Assembly: GCF_036495085.1 (NCBI RefSeq)
Contig: NZ_DASXNL010000008.1
Location: 30,015-94,014, forward strand
Length of the DNA stretch: 64,000 bases
Origin: Phenylobacterium sp.
GTDB taxonomy: Bacteria > Pseudomonadota > Alphaproteobacteria > Caulobacterales > Caulobacteraceae
Direction of reading: 5' to 3'
Shown here: piece by piece, positions 37,629-47,955 of the stretch
Position numbering within the stretch: the first letter of the stretch is position 1
Layout: each line of letters opens with the position of its first letter
Notes under the pieces: generated by a model
Told to the model about the DNA's origin: nothing
The model's database searches: none
The model's input: the letters and a program-made list of their open reading frames with translations, nothing else
Made by a program: the position numbers and the translations under genes

Positions 37629-38537
37629 CTAGACGGTCCGTTGGGCGCGATCCTTTTCGTTCGCCGAGCGGATGGAGTCGCGGGCGGCCTCCCACTCGGC
37701 GTCACCCCATTCGGACAGGCGATTGAAGCCGCCGCCGCTGCGCAGGTGCGATCCGCCGTCGATGGCGATCGTCTGACCGTTCACGTAGGCCGAGCCCGGG
37801 TCGAGCAGGTAGACGGCCAGGTTGGCGAGTTCGCGCATCTCGCCGTTGCGATCGAGCGGGATCGTGGGATCCTTTTTTTCTGAAGCCGTGCCGGCGCCCG
37901 GGTTCAGCCGCGCCCAGGCGCCTTCGGTTGGGAAGGGGCCAGGGGCGATGGCGTTGAAGCGGATGCCTCGGTTGCCCCACTCCACGGCCAGCGATTGAGT
38001 CATGACGTTGAGGCCTGCCTTCGACATGGCCGAGGGCACGGTGAAGGGGCCGCCGTTCCACACCCAGGTCGTCAGGATCGAAACCACGGAGGCGTGCTTG
38101 CCTTCCTTGAGCCAGCGCTTGCCGCACTCCAGCGTCACGAAGAAGGAGCCGCGGAAGACGATGTTCGAGATAGCGTCGAAGCCGCGGGCGGAAAGGTCCT
38201 CGGTGCGGCTGATGAAATTGCCGGCGGCGTTGTTGACGAGGCCCGTCAGCGCCCCGCCGTCGGCCCAGACGGCGTCGATCATCTCGGCGATCGCCTCGGG
38301 CACGCGGATGTCGCAGGCCAGGCCCACACACTTTCCGCCGTGGGCGTCGGTGAGTTCCTTGGCGGCGGCCTCGACCACGCCGCCGCGCCGCCCGCAGATA
38401 TAGACCTCGGCGCCCAGGAGCAGGCAGGCCTCGGCCATCACCTTGCCAAGGCCGGTGCCCCCGCCGGTGATCAGGATCCGCTGGCCCTTCATCAGGCCAG
38501 GGCGGAACATCAGCTGGTCCTGGGTGAGCTCGGCCAT
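37629..38537 (-). CDS. SDR oxidoreductase (2,4-dienoyl-CoA reductase-like)
   Basis: ITGGGTGLG, NNAAGNF, SAMSKAG, NAIAPGPF; start at 38537. Confidence 0.9.
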   Translation of the reverse strand: MAELTQDQLMFRPGLMKGQRILITGGGTGLGKVMAEACLLLGAEVYICGRRGGVVEAAAKELTDAHGGKCVGLACDIRVPEAIAEMIDAVWADGGALTGLVNNAAGNFISRTEDLSARGFDAISNIVFRGSFFVTLECGKRWLKEGKHASVVSILTTWVWNGGPFTVPSAMSKAGLNVMTQSLAVEWGNRGIRFNAIAPGPFPTEGAWARLNPGAGTASEKKDPTIPLDRNGEMRELANLAVYLLDPGSAYVNGQTIAIDGGSHLRSGGGFNRLSEWGDAEWEAARDSIRSANEKDRAQRTV

Positions 38538-38620
38538 CGGGATTCCTTCCTCTTGAGATTTTCCCGATCGGACGCCTCTGACCCTAGGGAGGTCAACGGG
38601 CGAGTTTGCGATCTCCGCAC

Positions 38621-39430
38621 TTAGGCGACTTCCACCCGCTCGATGAGGGCCATGGCGGCCGCCGGCGCTCGCACCTTCCCCTCGTGGATGACGAAGGCGT
38701 AGACCTCGCGCGGCGTCTTCGGGGCCGGGTTCGCCGCGTCGACCGCCGGCAGATCGTCGGGCCGGCCGCCTTCGGCGTAGGCCTTGAGCCGCTGGGCCCA
38801 GAGGTCGAGCTTGTCGGCCGGATAGGCCGTCTCGATATCGTCTGAGCCTGTCTGTAGGCGGGCGTAGACCACCTCGCCGGTCACGTCGGGGATCAGCGGA
38901 TACTGGGCGTGGTCGGCCAGGCACGCCGTCACACCGTACTTGCGGGCGAGCGCGATGAATTCCGGCGTCATGAAGCTGGCATGCCGCGGTTCGATGACGT
39001 GGACCAGTGGCAGGCCGTCCTGGGATTTCGGCAGCAGCCTGAGGAAGGCCTCGAAGTCGTCTGGCTCGAACTTCTTGGTTCCCATGAATTGCCACAGGAT
39101 CGGGCCCAGCCGGTCTCCGAGCTCGGTCAGGCCCTGGGAAAGGAAGCGGTGCAGGCTCTCGCCCATCTCACCCAGCACCTTGCGGTTGGTGCAGAAGCGT
39201 GAGGCCTTGACCGAGAACTTGAAGCCGTCCGGGGTCGCGGCCCGCCATTTGGCCCAGCTGTCAGGCTTGAAGCTGGAATAGTAGGTGCCGTTGATCTCGA
39301 TGGCGGTGAGGTGCGAGGCGGCGTAGGCGAGCTCGTCGGCCTGCTTGAGGCCCGCAGGGTAGAACACCCCACGCCACGGCTCGAAGGTCCAGCCCCCGAT
39401 GCCCGCCCGGATGCGTCCCGCCGTCACCAT
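38621..39430 (-). CDS. DUF72 (YecE-like) protein
   Basis: IGGWTFEPW...FYP, IEINGTYY, FSVKA, LGPILWQF, EPRH.SF, YARL. Confidence 0.92.
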   Translation of the reverse strand: MVTAGRIRAGIGGWTFEPWRGVFYPAGLKQADELAYAASHLTAIEINGTYYSSFKPDSWAKWRAATPDGFKFSVKASRFCTNRKVLGEMGESLHRFLSQGLTELGDRLGPILWQFMGTKKFEPDDFEAFLRLLPKSQDGLPLVHVIEPRHASFMTPEFIALARKYGVTACLADHAQYPLIPDVTGEVVYARLQTGSDDIETAYPADKLDLWAQRLKAYAEGGRPDDLPAVDAANPAPKTPREVYAFVIHEGKVRAPAAAMALIERVEVA

Positions 39431-39447
39431 CGCACCTACCCCATCTG

Positions 39448-41115
39448 CTATTTCCGTTCAGCCGCAGTCTTGTCTCGCGCGGCCTTGAACTCAGAACCCG
39501 CCTTCCACTCCGGCCACTCGCGCGAATTGGCGAGCTGCATGCCGAGGTCGTAGCCGATCGTCAGGTCCTGGGCCATGCCGGAGAGGTCCCAGTTGGGATC
39601 GAACTCATCGGCCGGCTGGTGGTAGCGGTCGCGTACGTACGCCTCCTGGGCAGCCTTTCCGGCCTCGACGCCGCCCTTCACCAAGTCGCGGCCGGAGCCG
39701 AACGAGAGCGCGGGCAATCCCTGCTTGGCGAAGGAGAAGTGGTCGGAACGGAAGAAGCTGCCCGCCTCCGGCCGGCTGTCCTTCGTGAAGTAACGGCCGT
39801 GCGCCTTGGCGACGGCGATCAGGTCGTCCTGCAAGGTCAGGCCGGCGTCGCCGGAGGTGGAGATGTCTTTGGCGGGGCCGTTCACAGCCGCACCGTCCAT
39901 GTTGATGTTCGCAACGGTTGTCGCCAGCGGATAGAGCGGGTTGGTGGCGTAGTACTCCGAGCCGAGCAGCCCTTTTTCCTCGGCGGTCACCGCCATGAAC
40001 ATGGTGGTGCGCTCCGTACGCGGGCTGTGCGCAAAAGCCCGGCCCAGTTCGATCAGGCCGGAGACGCCCGAGGCGTTGTCCACTGCGCCGTTGTAGATCC
40101 GGTCACCCCTGGCGTCCGGGAGGCCCACGCCAAGGTGGTCCCAATGGGCGGTGTAGATGATGCGTTCGCCAGGGTGCTTGGTCCCCGGCAGCACGCCCAC
40201 GACGTTATGCGAGACGACCTTCCTGGCGTCGACGGCGAAGTCTGTGGAGAAGGTCACGCCGGACAGGGTGACCGGCTTGAACTCGCGCGTCTGGGCCTGC
40301 TTCTTCAGGGCCTCGAAATCGAGCCCGGCCCGCCTGAAGAGGTCGATCGTCGTGTCGCGCTGAATCCACGCCTCGATCGGGGCGTGCGCTTCGGACGGGT
40401 TCTTGCGGATGATGTCGAAGACTGCGTTGGTGTTCGAATTCCTGACCGTATTCCAGCCATAGGACGCAGGCGCCGTCTCGTGGATCACGATGAAGCCGAT
40501 CGCGCCCTGGCGCGCGGCCTCCTCGTATTTGTAGGTCCAGCGGCCATAGTAGGTCATCGCCTTGCCGCCGAAGTCACCCTGGCCGGTCTCGAAGTCGGGG
40601 TCATTGACCAGGACGAGCGCGATCTTGCCGTGCAGGTCGACGCCCTTGAAGTCGTCCCAGTTCCGCTCGGGCGCCTTGACGCCATAGCCCACGAAGACGA
40701 CCGGCGCGTCCTTGACGGAGACGTGGTCGACACCGGTCTCGGCGGCGCGGATCGCCACTTCGTGGCCCTGCGTCCAGGTCAGGGTCTCGCCGCCCGCCTT
40801 CACGCTGACGGCCACCGGGCCCTTGATGTCGAATTGGGCGAGCGGCACGTCCTGGGTCCAGGCGCGGCCGGTCTTGGTCTTGTCGCCGCCGGGCTGCAGG
40901 CCCGCGGCCTTGAACTGCTCGGAGATGTAAGCGACGGACTTCACCTCGCCCGCTGTCGCCGGCCCGCGGCCTTCGAAAGCGTCAGAGGCCAGGACCTTGA
41001 CGTGCTCCGAGAGCTTGGCCGGATCGATGTGCGGATCTGCCGCAAGGGCGGAGGTCACGAAAGTGGAGGCCGCAAAGACGCAGGCTGCGGTGCCCAGCAG
41101 AATCTTTTTCATCAA
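39448..41115 (-). CDS. Secreted M28 family metallopeptidase with PA domain
   Basis: Signal peptide; TAHWDHLG, NGAVDNASG, TAEEKGLLGS, NINMD, RSDH, YHQPAD. Confidence 0.93.
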   Translation of the reverse strand: MMKKILLGTAACVFAASTFVTSALAADPHIDPAKLSEHVKVLASDAFEGRGPATAGEVKSVAYISEQFKAAGLQPGGDKTKTGRAWTQDVPLAQFDIKGPVAVSVKAGGETLTWTQGHEVAIRAAETGVDHVSVKDAPVVFVGYGVKAPERNWDDFKGVDLHGKIALVLVNDPDFETGQGDFGGKAMTYYGRWTYKYEEAARQGAIGFIVIHETAPASYGWNTVRNSNTNAVFDIIRKNPSEAHAPIEAWIQRDTTIDLFRRAGLDFEALKKQAQTREFKPVTLSGVTFSTDFAVDARKVVSHNVVGVLPGTKHPGERIIYTAHWDHLGVGLPDARGDRIYNGAVDNASGVSGLIELGRAFAHSPRTERTTMFMAVTAEEKGLLGSEYYATNPLYPLATTVANINMDGAAVNGPAKDISTSGDAGLTLQDDLIAVAKAHGRYFTKDSRPEAGSFFRSDHFSFAKQGLPALSFGSGRDLVKGGVEAGKAAQEAYVRDRYHQPADEFDPNWDLSGMAQDLTIGYDLGMQLANSREWPEWKAGSEFKAARDKTAAERK

Positions 41116-41171
41116 TCTCTCAGAGGGGGAGGGAAAACTGCCGCGAACCTAGTGGCCCCAGCGCCCTGCGC

Positions 41172-41951
41172 CTAGGCCGCGTTGGCGCGACGTTGATCGA
41201 TGAACACCGCGATGCCGTCTAGCACCCGCTGCAGTCCAAACTCAAAACTGCGGATATGGTCGGGGCCGGTCTCCTTGGCCGCCTTGTAGGCTTCCCCGAC
41301 CCGCAAGGTGGTGGGGTAGCGGGTGGGCTCGACCAGGCCTTTCAGCAGCTGTTCGTTAAGCGCCCACCATTGCTCGTCGGTCAGTCCGCTGTGAAGCTCG
41401 ACCTCCCGGGCCTCAAGCGCGGCGCGGACTGAGCCGCGCACGTAGTCGCCGACGAGCGAGGTCAGGAGATCCATCTCAAGCTCGCTGAGGCCCAGGCCGT
41501 CGACCGCCTGCAATGTCGCCTCCACCCGCGCCAGGATGTTTGGGCCGAGCGGCGGACGGTGGACACCGACCTGAGTGATCCAGGGGTGGCGCTGGGCGCG
41601 CGCCCAGCCCTGCCGGGCAAGATGTTCAAGCTTGGGACGCCAGCCTGCCGAGGGCGGAAGGTCCGCCTTTTCGTCTTCGGCGGCCACGCGATCCAGCATC
41701 AGGTCGACAAGCTCGGCTTTCGACGGCACATAGGTGTAGAGCGACATCGTCGAGAGCCCCAGCGTCTCGGCCACCCGGCGCATGGAAAGCGCAGCCAACC
41801 CGTCTGCGTCGGCGAGCCCGATGGCGGCCTGCACGACCTCCTCGACCGAATGTCGGGGCTTGGGCCCGCGCCGGCCGGCGCCCGTCACGCCCCACAGAAG
41901 CGCGATGCTGCGTCCCGGATCGCCGCCGCCAGTGAATTCCGTCGCCATCAA
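41172..41951 (-). CDS. TetR/AcrR family regulator (TetR_C-type)
   Basis: AAIGLADADGL.ALSMRRVA.LG.STMSLYTYVPSK; C-terminal FEFGL..VLDG. Confidence 0.92.
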   Translation of the reverse strand: MMATEFTGGGDPGRSIALLWGVTGAGRRGPKPRHSVEEVVQAAIGLADADGLAALSMRRVAETLGLSTMSLYTYVPSKAELVDLMLDRVAAEDEKADLPPSAGWRPKLEHLARQGWARAQRHPWITQVGVHRPPLGPNILARVEATLQAVDGLGLSELEMDLLTSLVGDYVRGSVRAALEAREVELHSGLTDEQWWALNEQLLKGLVEPTRYPTTLRVGEAYKAAKETGPDHIRSFEFGLQRVLDGIAVFIDQRRANAA

Positions 41952-42178
41952 CCCAAGTTACACGGCGAATAATACTTTACAACATACGGAGTTTGGCTAA
42001 GAGGAGGCGCTCGCGTTAGGGGTTCGGGAGAGGCGCCGGCAGCAAATGCCGCCGTCACTAGGCTTGTGTGTTCATGTCGCTAGACGTCGGGTTCCGGCCC
42101 CTGCATCCATTGTGGCCGTGGGCGGTGACTAGGAACGCGTCGCCAAGTCACCCTGCGGCTCTGTCACGAAAATCCGGC

Positions 42179-43621
42179 ATGCGTTCCTTCATCTCCGCAG
42201 CACCTGTCTGCCTTGCACTTGGAGCATGCCTCGTTCTCGGCGCCTGCGCCCATGTGCGCGCGCCTGACGTGCGCCTGCCCGAAGGCTATGAAGCTCCCAG
42301 GGGAACCGCTCCAATTGGCGCCGTCGAGCTGGACCGCTGGTGGTTGGCGTTTCACGACGACCAGCTCACGGCCCTGATCGAACAGACGCTGGTCGCCAAC
42401 CCCGACGCGCGCAGCGCCGCAGCCCGCCTGGCGGAGGCCCGCGCCGTCCGCACGGAAGCGCTGGTGCAGTTCCTGCCGCAGGGCGACATCCACGGCTCGA
42501 CGAGCCGCACCGACACCCACCAGTTGGCCGGCACGGTCATCGATATCCCGGGCTTCACGACGAGCGGCATTTCCAACGCTTCGGCGGCCAATTTCAATGT
42601 CTCCTGGGAAGTGGACATCTTCGGGCGCTTCTTCGCGGCGCGCAGGGCGGTCGACGCCGATCTCGCCGCCGCCCGGTTTGATTATGAAGCCACCCGCGCC
42701 AGCCTCGCAGCCGACGTCGCAGACGCCTACTTCCTGGCGCGCGGCCTGGCGATCCAACTGGACGACGCCCGCGAAACGGCGCGGATCCAGGGCGAGCTCT
42801 ACGACACGGCGACCAGGCGGGCGCAGGTGGGGATCGGGGCGCGCGCCGATGCAGACCGCGTGGCTGGCGATCTCGCGCAGGCCAAATCGCAGGCCGCGGG
42901 GCTGGAGGCCGAGCTGCAGGTCCAGCGCCGCACCCTGCTGGTGCTGGCCGGCCGTACCATCGAGCCCACCGAAAACGTCGCGATCGACGCCAGCGTGGGC
43001 GTGCTGCCGCCGATCCCGGACTCTCTCCCAAGCCAGATCCTGCAACGCCGGCCCGATGTGCGTGAGGCCGAGGCGCGGGTCGCCGGCCAGGCCGGGCGCT
43101 CCGACGCAGATGTCCTGGCCTTCCTGCCGGTGCTGAACTTCACGCCCGGGATCGGCTGGCAGAAGCAGTCGCAGCCGGGGTTCTCGGTTACCGCCCAGTC
43201 CCTGGTTCTCGGGGGCAACATCGCCCAACCCTTGCTGTCGATCCCTCGGCTGTTGGCCGAACTGAAGGCCCAGAATGCGCGCACGGAGCAAGCCGTGATC
43301 GCCTATGAAAAGGCCGTGCAGACCGCATTCTCCGAATCCGAAGCCGCGCTGGTTCGGCTCGACTCGGACCGTGCCCGGGTGACCGTGCTTACCGACGGTG
43401 AAGCCCGCTCCGCCAGGGGCTACCAGGCCGCGAAGCTCGGATACGACCGTGGCCTGACGGATCTGCAGACAACCCTGAGCACGGAGGAGTCGTGGCGGAA
43501 CACCCGGTCGCAGCTCACCGCCGCCCAGGTGCAGGCGCTTAGGCGCACGGTGCAGGTCTACAAGGCGATCGGCGGCGGCTGGCCGGCGGACCATTTTCCC
43601 TCTGATAAGCAGGCCCGCTGA
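42179..43621 (+). CDS. RND outer-membrane lipoprotein (NodT/OprM-like)
   Basis: Lipobox LGA-C; RWW..F.D.QL..LI, SWEVDIFG, RRPDVREAE, YKAIGGGW. Confidence 0.93.
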   Translation: MRSFISAAPVCLALGACLVLGACAHVRAPDVRLPEGYEAPRGTAPIGAVELDRWWLAFHDDQLTALIEQTLVANPDARSAAARLAEARAVRTEALVQFLPQGDIHGSTSRTDTHQLAGTVIDIPGFTTSGISNASAANFNVSWEVDIFGRFFAARRAVDADLAAARFDYEATRASLAADVADAYFLARGLAIQLDDARETARIQGELYDTATRRAQVGIGARADADRVAGDLAQAKSQAAGLEAELQVQRRTLLVLAGRTIEPTENVAIDASVGVLPPIPDSLPSQILQRRPDVREAEARVAGQAGRSDADVLAFLPVLNFTPGIGWQKQSQPGFSVTAQSLVLGGNIAQPLLSIPRLLAELKAQNARTEQAVIAYEKAVQTAFSESEAALVRLDSDRARVTVLTDGEARSARGYQAAKLGYDRGLTDLQTTLSTEESWRNTRSQLTAAQVQALRRTVQVYKAIGGGWPADHFPSDKQAR

Positions 43622-43624
43622 AAC

Positions 43625-44779
43625 GTGACCCGCATGAAAAAATCCACGGCCTCTCTGGTCCTCGTCCTTGTGCCGCTGATGGCGGCCCTCACGCTGGGCG
43701 GGTGCGGCAAGCCGAAGCCCAAGGTGACTGAGGCCCAGCTCGCCCGCACCGTGCGTGTCGTCCGCCTGGGGGCGCAGTCGATCACCGGGGCCCTGGCGGC
43801 GTCCGGCGACCTGACGCCGCGCGAAGAAGCCGCGGTGCTGCCCGAGGTCTCGGGCTTCCGCGTTTCCCGCGTCCTGGTCGATGTCGGCGACACGGTGAAG
43901 AAGGGGCAGACCCTCGTGACGCTGGACCCGGCGTTGCTCCAGGGCCAACTTGCCCAGCAGGAGGCGCTGGCCGCCCAAGCCGAAGTCAACGCCAAACAGG
44001 CTGAGGATCAGGCCAACCGCGTGAAGGACCTCGACGACGCCGGCGTACTCTCGCAGGAGGCGATCGACCAGCGCCGCTTCCAGGCGCGCGCCGCGCAGGC
44101 GACCGCCAACGCCCAGGCCGCAGCGTTGCGCGACGTTCGCACCCGCAACGCCAAGCTGTCGGTGACGGCGCCGGTGAGCGGCCTGATCCTGGAGCGGACG
44201 GTGCGACCTGGCGACATGTCGGTCGCCGGAAACGGCACGCCCTGGTTCCGAATCGCCCGTGACAGCGAGATCGAGTTGGCCGCCCAGCTATCCGAGGACG
44301 ACCTCGCCAAGATCCGACCCGGCCAGCATGCCGAGGTGACCCTGCCCAGCGGCGTGATTGTCCAGGGCGTCGTGCGCCTGGTGAGTCCTCAGATCGATCC
44401 GCAAACCAAGCTGGGCGTGGTCCGGGTCCACCTGCCTGTCGACCGCAACGTCCGCGCCGGGGGCTTTGGGCGTGCGGTGTTCACCGATGTCAGTGGAACG
44501 GTGCTGGCGGCGCCGGAGACCGCCATCCGCTATGACGCCGACGGCGCAAGCGTGATGGTCGTGGGTCCCGACAACCGCGTCAGGCGTGCGCCGATCCAGG
44601 CCGGCCGCCGCGGCGGAGGCCTGGTCCAACTGATCAAGGGGCCGCCTGCCGGCTCCCGGATCGTGCAAAACGCCGCGGCCTTCCTGCTGGACGGTGACCT
44701 GATCAAGCCCTCCGAAGGTGCTGAACCCACCCAGGCCGTTACGAATCCGCCCACGTCCTCGAAGGTGGCCACGCGATGA
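43625..44779 (+). CDS. RND periplasmic adaptor (MFP)
   Basis: Lipobox LGG-C; V.VDVGD.VKKGQ.L, VTAPVSG, IDPQT. Confidence 0.93.
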   Translation: MTRMKKSTASLVLVLVPLMAALTLGGCGKPKPKVTEAQLARTVRVVRLGAQSITGALAASGDLTPREEAAVLPEVSGFRVSRVLVDVGDTVKKGQTLVTLDPALLQGQLAQQEALAAQAEVNAKQAEDQANRVKDLDDAGVLSQEAIDQRRFQARAAQATANAQAAALRDVRTRNAKLSVTAPVSGLILERTVRPGDMSVAGNGTPWFRIARDSEIELAAQLSEDDLAKIRPGQHAEVTLPSGVIVQGVVRLVSPQIDPQTKLGVVRVHLPVDRNVRAGGFGRAVFTDVSGTVLAAPETAIRYDADGASVMVVGPDNRVRRAPIQAGRRGGGLVQLIKGPPAGSRIVQNAAAFLLDGDLIKPSEGAEPTQAVTNPPTSSKVATR

Positions 44780-47700
44780 GCGAGCGCCGCTTCGCCATAT
44801 CATCATGGGCCATCCGCAATCCGGTTCCGGTGGCGGTATTGTTCATTGGCCTCGTTCTGGCGGGCGTGATCGCCTACCTCGGCCTGCCGGTAAAGCAGTA
44901 CCCAAATATCCAGTTTCCGGTCGTAGCGGTCACGATCACCCAGAACGGCGCTGCGCCCGGAGGCATGGAGACCCAGGTCACGCGACCGGTCGAGGATGCG
45001 TTGGCCGGCGTCACTGGCGTCAAGAACGTCCAGTCGACCGTGACACAGGGCGTCTCCACGACCTCGATGGAGTTCGAGATCGGGCAAGACCTCCAAAAGA
45101 AGACCGAAGAAGTCCGCGCCAAGATCAGCCAGGCCCGCGCGATCCTGCCGCGCGACATCGACGAGCCCATCGTCTCCCAGATCGAGATCGACTCGGCGGC
45201 GCCGATTCTCACCTATGCCGTCTACGCGCCGAGCATGTCCGACGATGAGCTCTCCTGGTTCATCGACGACACCGTCTCGCGTGAACTGCAGGCGGCCAAG
45301 GGCGTGTCGCAGGTCAACCGCGTGGGCGGTGTCTCGCGCGAAATAAACGTGGTCATCAACCCCGACCGCCTGGCCGCGCGCGGCTTGACCGCGACCCAGG
45401 TCAACACCGCTCTGCGCGGCGTCCAGGTCGATGCGCCTGGGGGACGTGCGCAGGTCGGCGGCCGCGAGCAGACGCTCAGGGTCTATTCCAACGTCGCCTC
45501 GGTCGAGCAACTGCGGAACCTGAATATCCCGACCGGCGTCGGGCGCTTCGTGAAACTCTCAGACGTGGCCGATATCGGGGACGGGACCTCGGAGGTGCGC
45601 GGGTTCGCGCGGCTCAACGGGCGGCCGGTGGTTGGCTTCCAGGTCGCCAAGACCAAGGAAGCCAGCGACGTCGTTACCGAAGATGCGGTCGTCGCCAAGA
45701 TCGCTCAGCTCGAGAAGACGCACCCGGGCGTCAAGTTCACCAAGATCTTCTCCTCGGTCGACGAGACCCGCGCCAGCTTCCATGCCACCCAGCACGTGCT
45801 CGGCGAAGGCATGCTGCTGGCCGCGGTCGTGGTGTTCTTCTTCCTACGCGACTGGCGCGCCACGATGATCACCGCGGTCGCAATGCCGATCTCGCTGATC
45901 CCCACCTTCTTCGTGATGAAGCTGCTCGGCTTCTCGCTGAACGTGGTGACGCTCCTGGCCCTGACGCTGGTCGTGGGCATCCTGGTCGACGACGCCATCG
46001 TCGAGATCGAGAATATCGAAAAGCGCGTGGCTCGGGGTTTGCGCCCCTATCAGGCGGCGCTCGAAGGCGCCGATGCGATCGGCCTGGCGGTGGTGGCCAC
46101 GACCATGGCGATCGTCGTGGTGTTCACGCCGGTCAGCTTCATGCCGGGCATCCCAGGTCAGTTCTTCAGGGAGTTCGGCCTCACGGTCTCGGTCGCCGTG
46201 CTGTTCTCGCTGTTAGTTGCGCGCCTGGTGACGCCGCTCATGGCCGCCTACCTCATGAAGCCCTCCGCCCGGCCGCACGAGCGCAAGCCCTTCAAGGGGT
46301 TCTACCGCAACGCCCTGGAGTGGGCGCTCGCCCACCGTATCGTCGCGGCGATCGTGGGCCTCGTGATGTTCATCTGTTCCGTGGCGCTCTTCCCGCTGCT
46401 GCCGCAGGGATTCCAGCCGGCCGGCGATCCGGACTTCATGTATGTGGATATCCAGGGGCCTCCGGGCGCCTCGGCCGCCGACATGGAAGACACAGCGGGG
46501 CGGATCAACGCCCTCTTCGTCAAGCAGCCCGAGGTCAGCGGCGTCTTCATCCAGATCGGCTCGACGGTCTCCACGTTTGGACCTGGGACCGTGGGCGGCG
46601 GCGCTAGCGATCTTCGCAGCGGCACCGCGACGATCCTGCTCAAGACCCACCGCAGGGCGAACGGCGACCAGATTCGCAACCGCCTGCGCGACCAGCTCCG
46701 CGCGATACCGGATGCGCGCCTGAACTTCCTCGATTTCCAGGGAGCGGCCGGATATCAGCAGATCCTCACCGGCGACAATCCGGAGAACCTTCAGCGCGCC
46801 GCGCTCGAGCTGGAGCGCGAGATGCGCCACCTGCCGGAGCTGGCCGATCCGCACCCTTCCAAGCCGCCGGAAGCGCCTGAGATCGTCATCCGCCCGCGAC
46901 CTGATGAAGCCGCCAGGCTTGGCGTCTCAGCCGACAACCTCGCCACCATCGTTCGTGTCGCCACGGTCGGGGACATCGACGCAAACGTCGCCAAGTTCAA
47001 CGAGGGCGAACGGCGCATTCCGATCCGCGTCCGGCTGCCGCAGACCGCCCGCGCCGACATCCAACGGATCGGCGCCCTGCGCGTCCCGACCGCATCGGGA
47101 GGCTCGACGACGCTGGACAGCATCGCCGACGTCACCTTCCAGGCTGGCCCCGCGCGCATCGATCGGCTGAATCGCGAACGCCAACTGACGGTTCGCGCCG
47201 AGCTGAACGGCGTTGAGATGGGTCAGGCGCAAAAGGCGGTGAACAATCTGCCGATCATGAAGCACCTGCCGCCGGGCGTACGGCCCGCCGCGATCGGCAA
47301 CCAGCAGGCCATGGCCGAACTGTTCGGCGGCTTCCTGCTGGCGATCTTCGCCGGTGTGGCGATGATCTTCGGCGTGCTGGTGCTGCTGTTCCGTAGCTTC
47401 TTCAAGCCGACCGTGATCCTCTCGGCCCTGCCGCTGGCGGTGGGCGGCGCCTTCCTGGGCCTGCTGATTTTCCACCTGTCGTTGTCGATTCCCTCGTTGA
47501 TCGGCTTCCTGATGCTGCTCGGCCTGGCCGCCAAGAACTCGATCCTGCTCGTGGAGTACGCCATCGAGCGCGAGCGGGACGGCATGAGCCAGCATGACGC
47601 GATCATTGAAGCGTGCCGCGAACGCGCGCGGCCGATCATCATGACCACCATGGCGATGGCCGCCGGCATGCTGCCAACGGCGCTTGCCCTCGAGAAGGGC

Positions 47701-47892
47701 GCAGAGTTCCGCCAGCCGATGGCCGTGGCAGTGATTGGTGGCTTGATAACCTCGACCGCCCTTTCACTGGTTCTGGTCCCAGTGGTCTATGAATTCATTG
47801 ATGATTTCGAGCAGTGGCTGCGGCCTAAGCTGGCCCGGTTGGTGACGCCGAGGCTGGCGACGCACGAGCCCGCGCCGGTGGATCGGCTTTAG
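44776..47892 (+). CDS. RND efflux permease (AcrB/MdtB family)
   Basis: WAIRNP, GILVDDAIV.IENI, AKNSILLVE, RERARPI.MTT, proton-relay residues present. Confidence 0.96.
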   Translation: MSERRFAISSWAIRNPVPVAVLFIGLVLAGVIAYLGLPVKQYPNIQFPVVAVTITQNGAAPGGMETQVTRPVEDALAGVTGVKNVQSTVTQGVSTTSMEFEIGQDLQKKTEEVRAKISQARAILPRDIDEPIVSQIEIDSAAPILTYAVYAPSMSDDELSWFIDDTVSRELQAAKGVSQVNRVGGVSREINVVINPDRLAARGLTATQVNTALRGVQVDAPGGRAQVGGREQTLRVYSNVASVEQLRNLNIPTGVGRFVKLSDVADIGDGTSEVRGFARLNGRPVVGFQVAKTKEASDVVTEDAVVAKIAQLEKTHPGVKFTKIFSSVDETRASFHATQHVLGEGMLLAAVVVFFFLRDWRATMITAVAMPISLIPTFFVMKLLGFSLNVVTLLALTLVVGILVDDAIVEIENIEKRVARGLRPYQAALEGADAIGLAVVATTMAIVVVFTPVSFMPGIPGQFFREFGLTVSVAVLFSLLVARLVTPLMAAYLMKPSARPHERKPFKGFYRNALEWALAHRIVAAIVGLVMFICSVALFPLLPQGFQPAGDPDFMYVDIQGPPGASAADMEDTAGRINALFVKQPEVSGVFIQIGSTVSTFGPGTVGGGASDLRSGTATILLKTHRRANGDQIRNRLRDQLRAIPDARLNFLDFQGAAGYQQILTGDNPENLQRAALELEREMRHLPELADPHPSKPPEAPEIVIRPRPDEAARLGVSADNLATIVRVATVGDIDANVAKFNEGERRIPIRVRLPQTARADIQRIGALRVPTASGGSTTLDSIADVTFQAGPARIDRLNRERQLTVRAELNGVEMGQAQKAVNNLPIMKHLPPGVRPAAIGNQQAMAELFGGFLLAIFAGVAMIFGVLVLLFRSFFKPTVILSALPLAVGGAFLGLLIFHLSLSIPSLIGFLMLLGLAAKNSILLVEYAIERERDGMSQHDAIIEACRERARPIIMTTMAMAAGMLPTALALEKGAEFRQPMAVAVIGGLITSTALSLVLVPVVYEFIDDFEQWLRPKLARLVTPRLATHEPAPVDRL

Positions 47893-47955
47893 GCGAACAC
47901 TGGCCAAGGTTCGCCAAGGGCGCCTACTCTCGCAGGCAGGCGGCGGGAGGGCGCG

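Noticed and set aside
37629-39095. 488-aa SDR ORF
   Set aside because: The extension overlaps the DUF72 gene in another frame; the SDR starts at 38537
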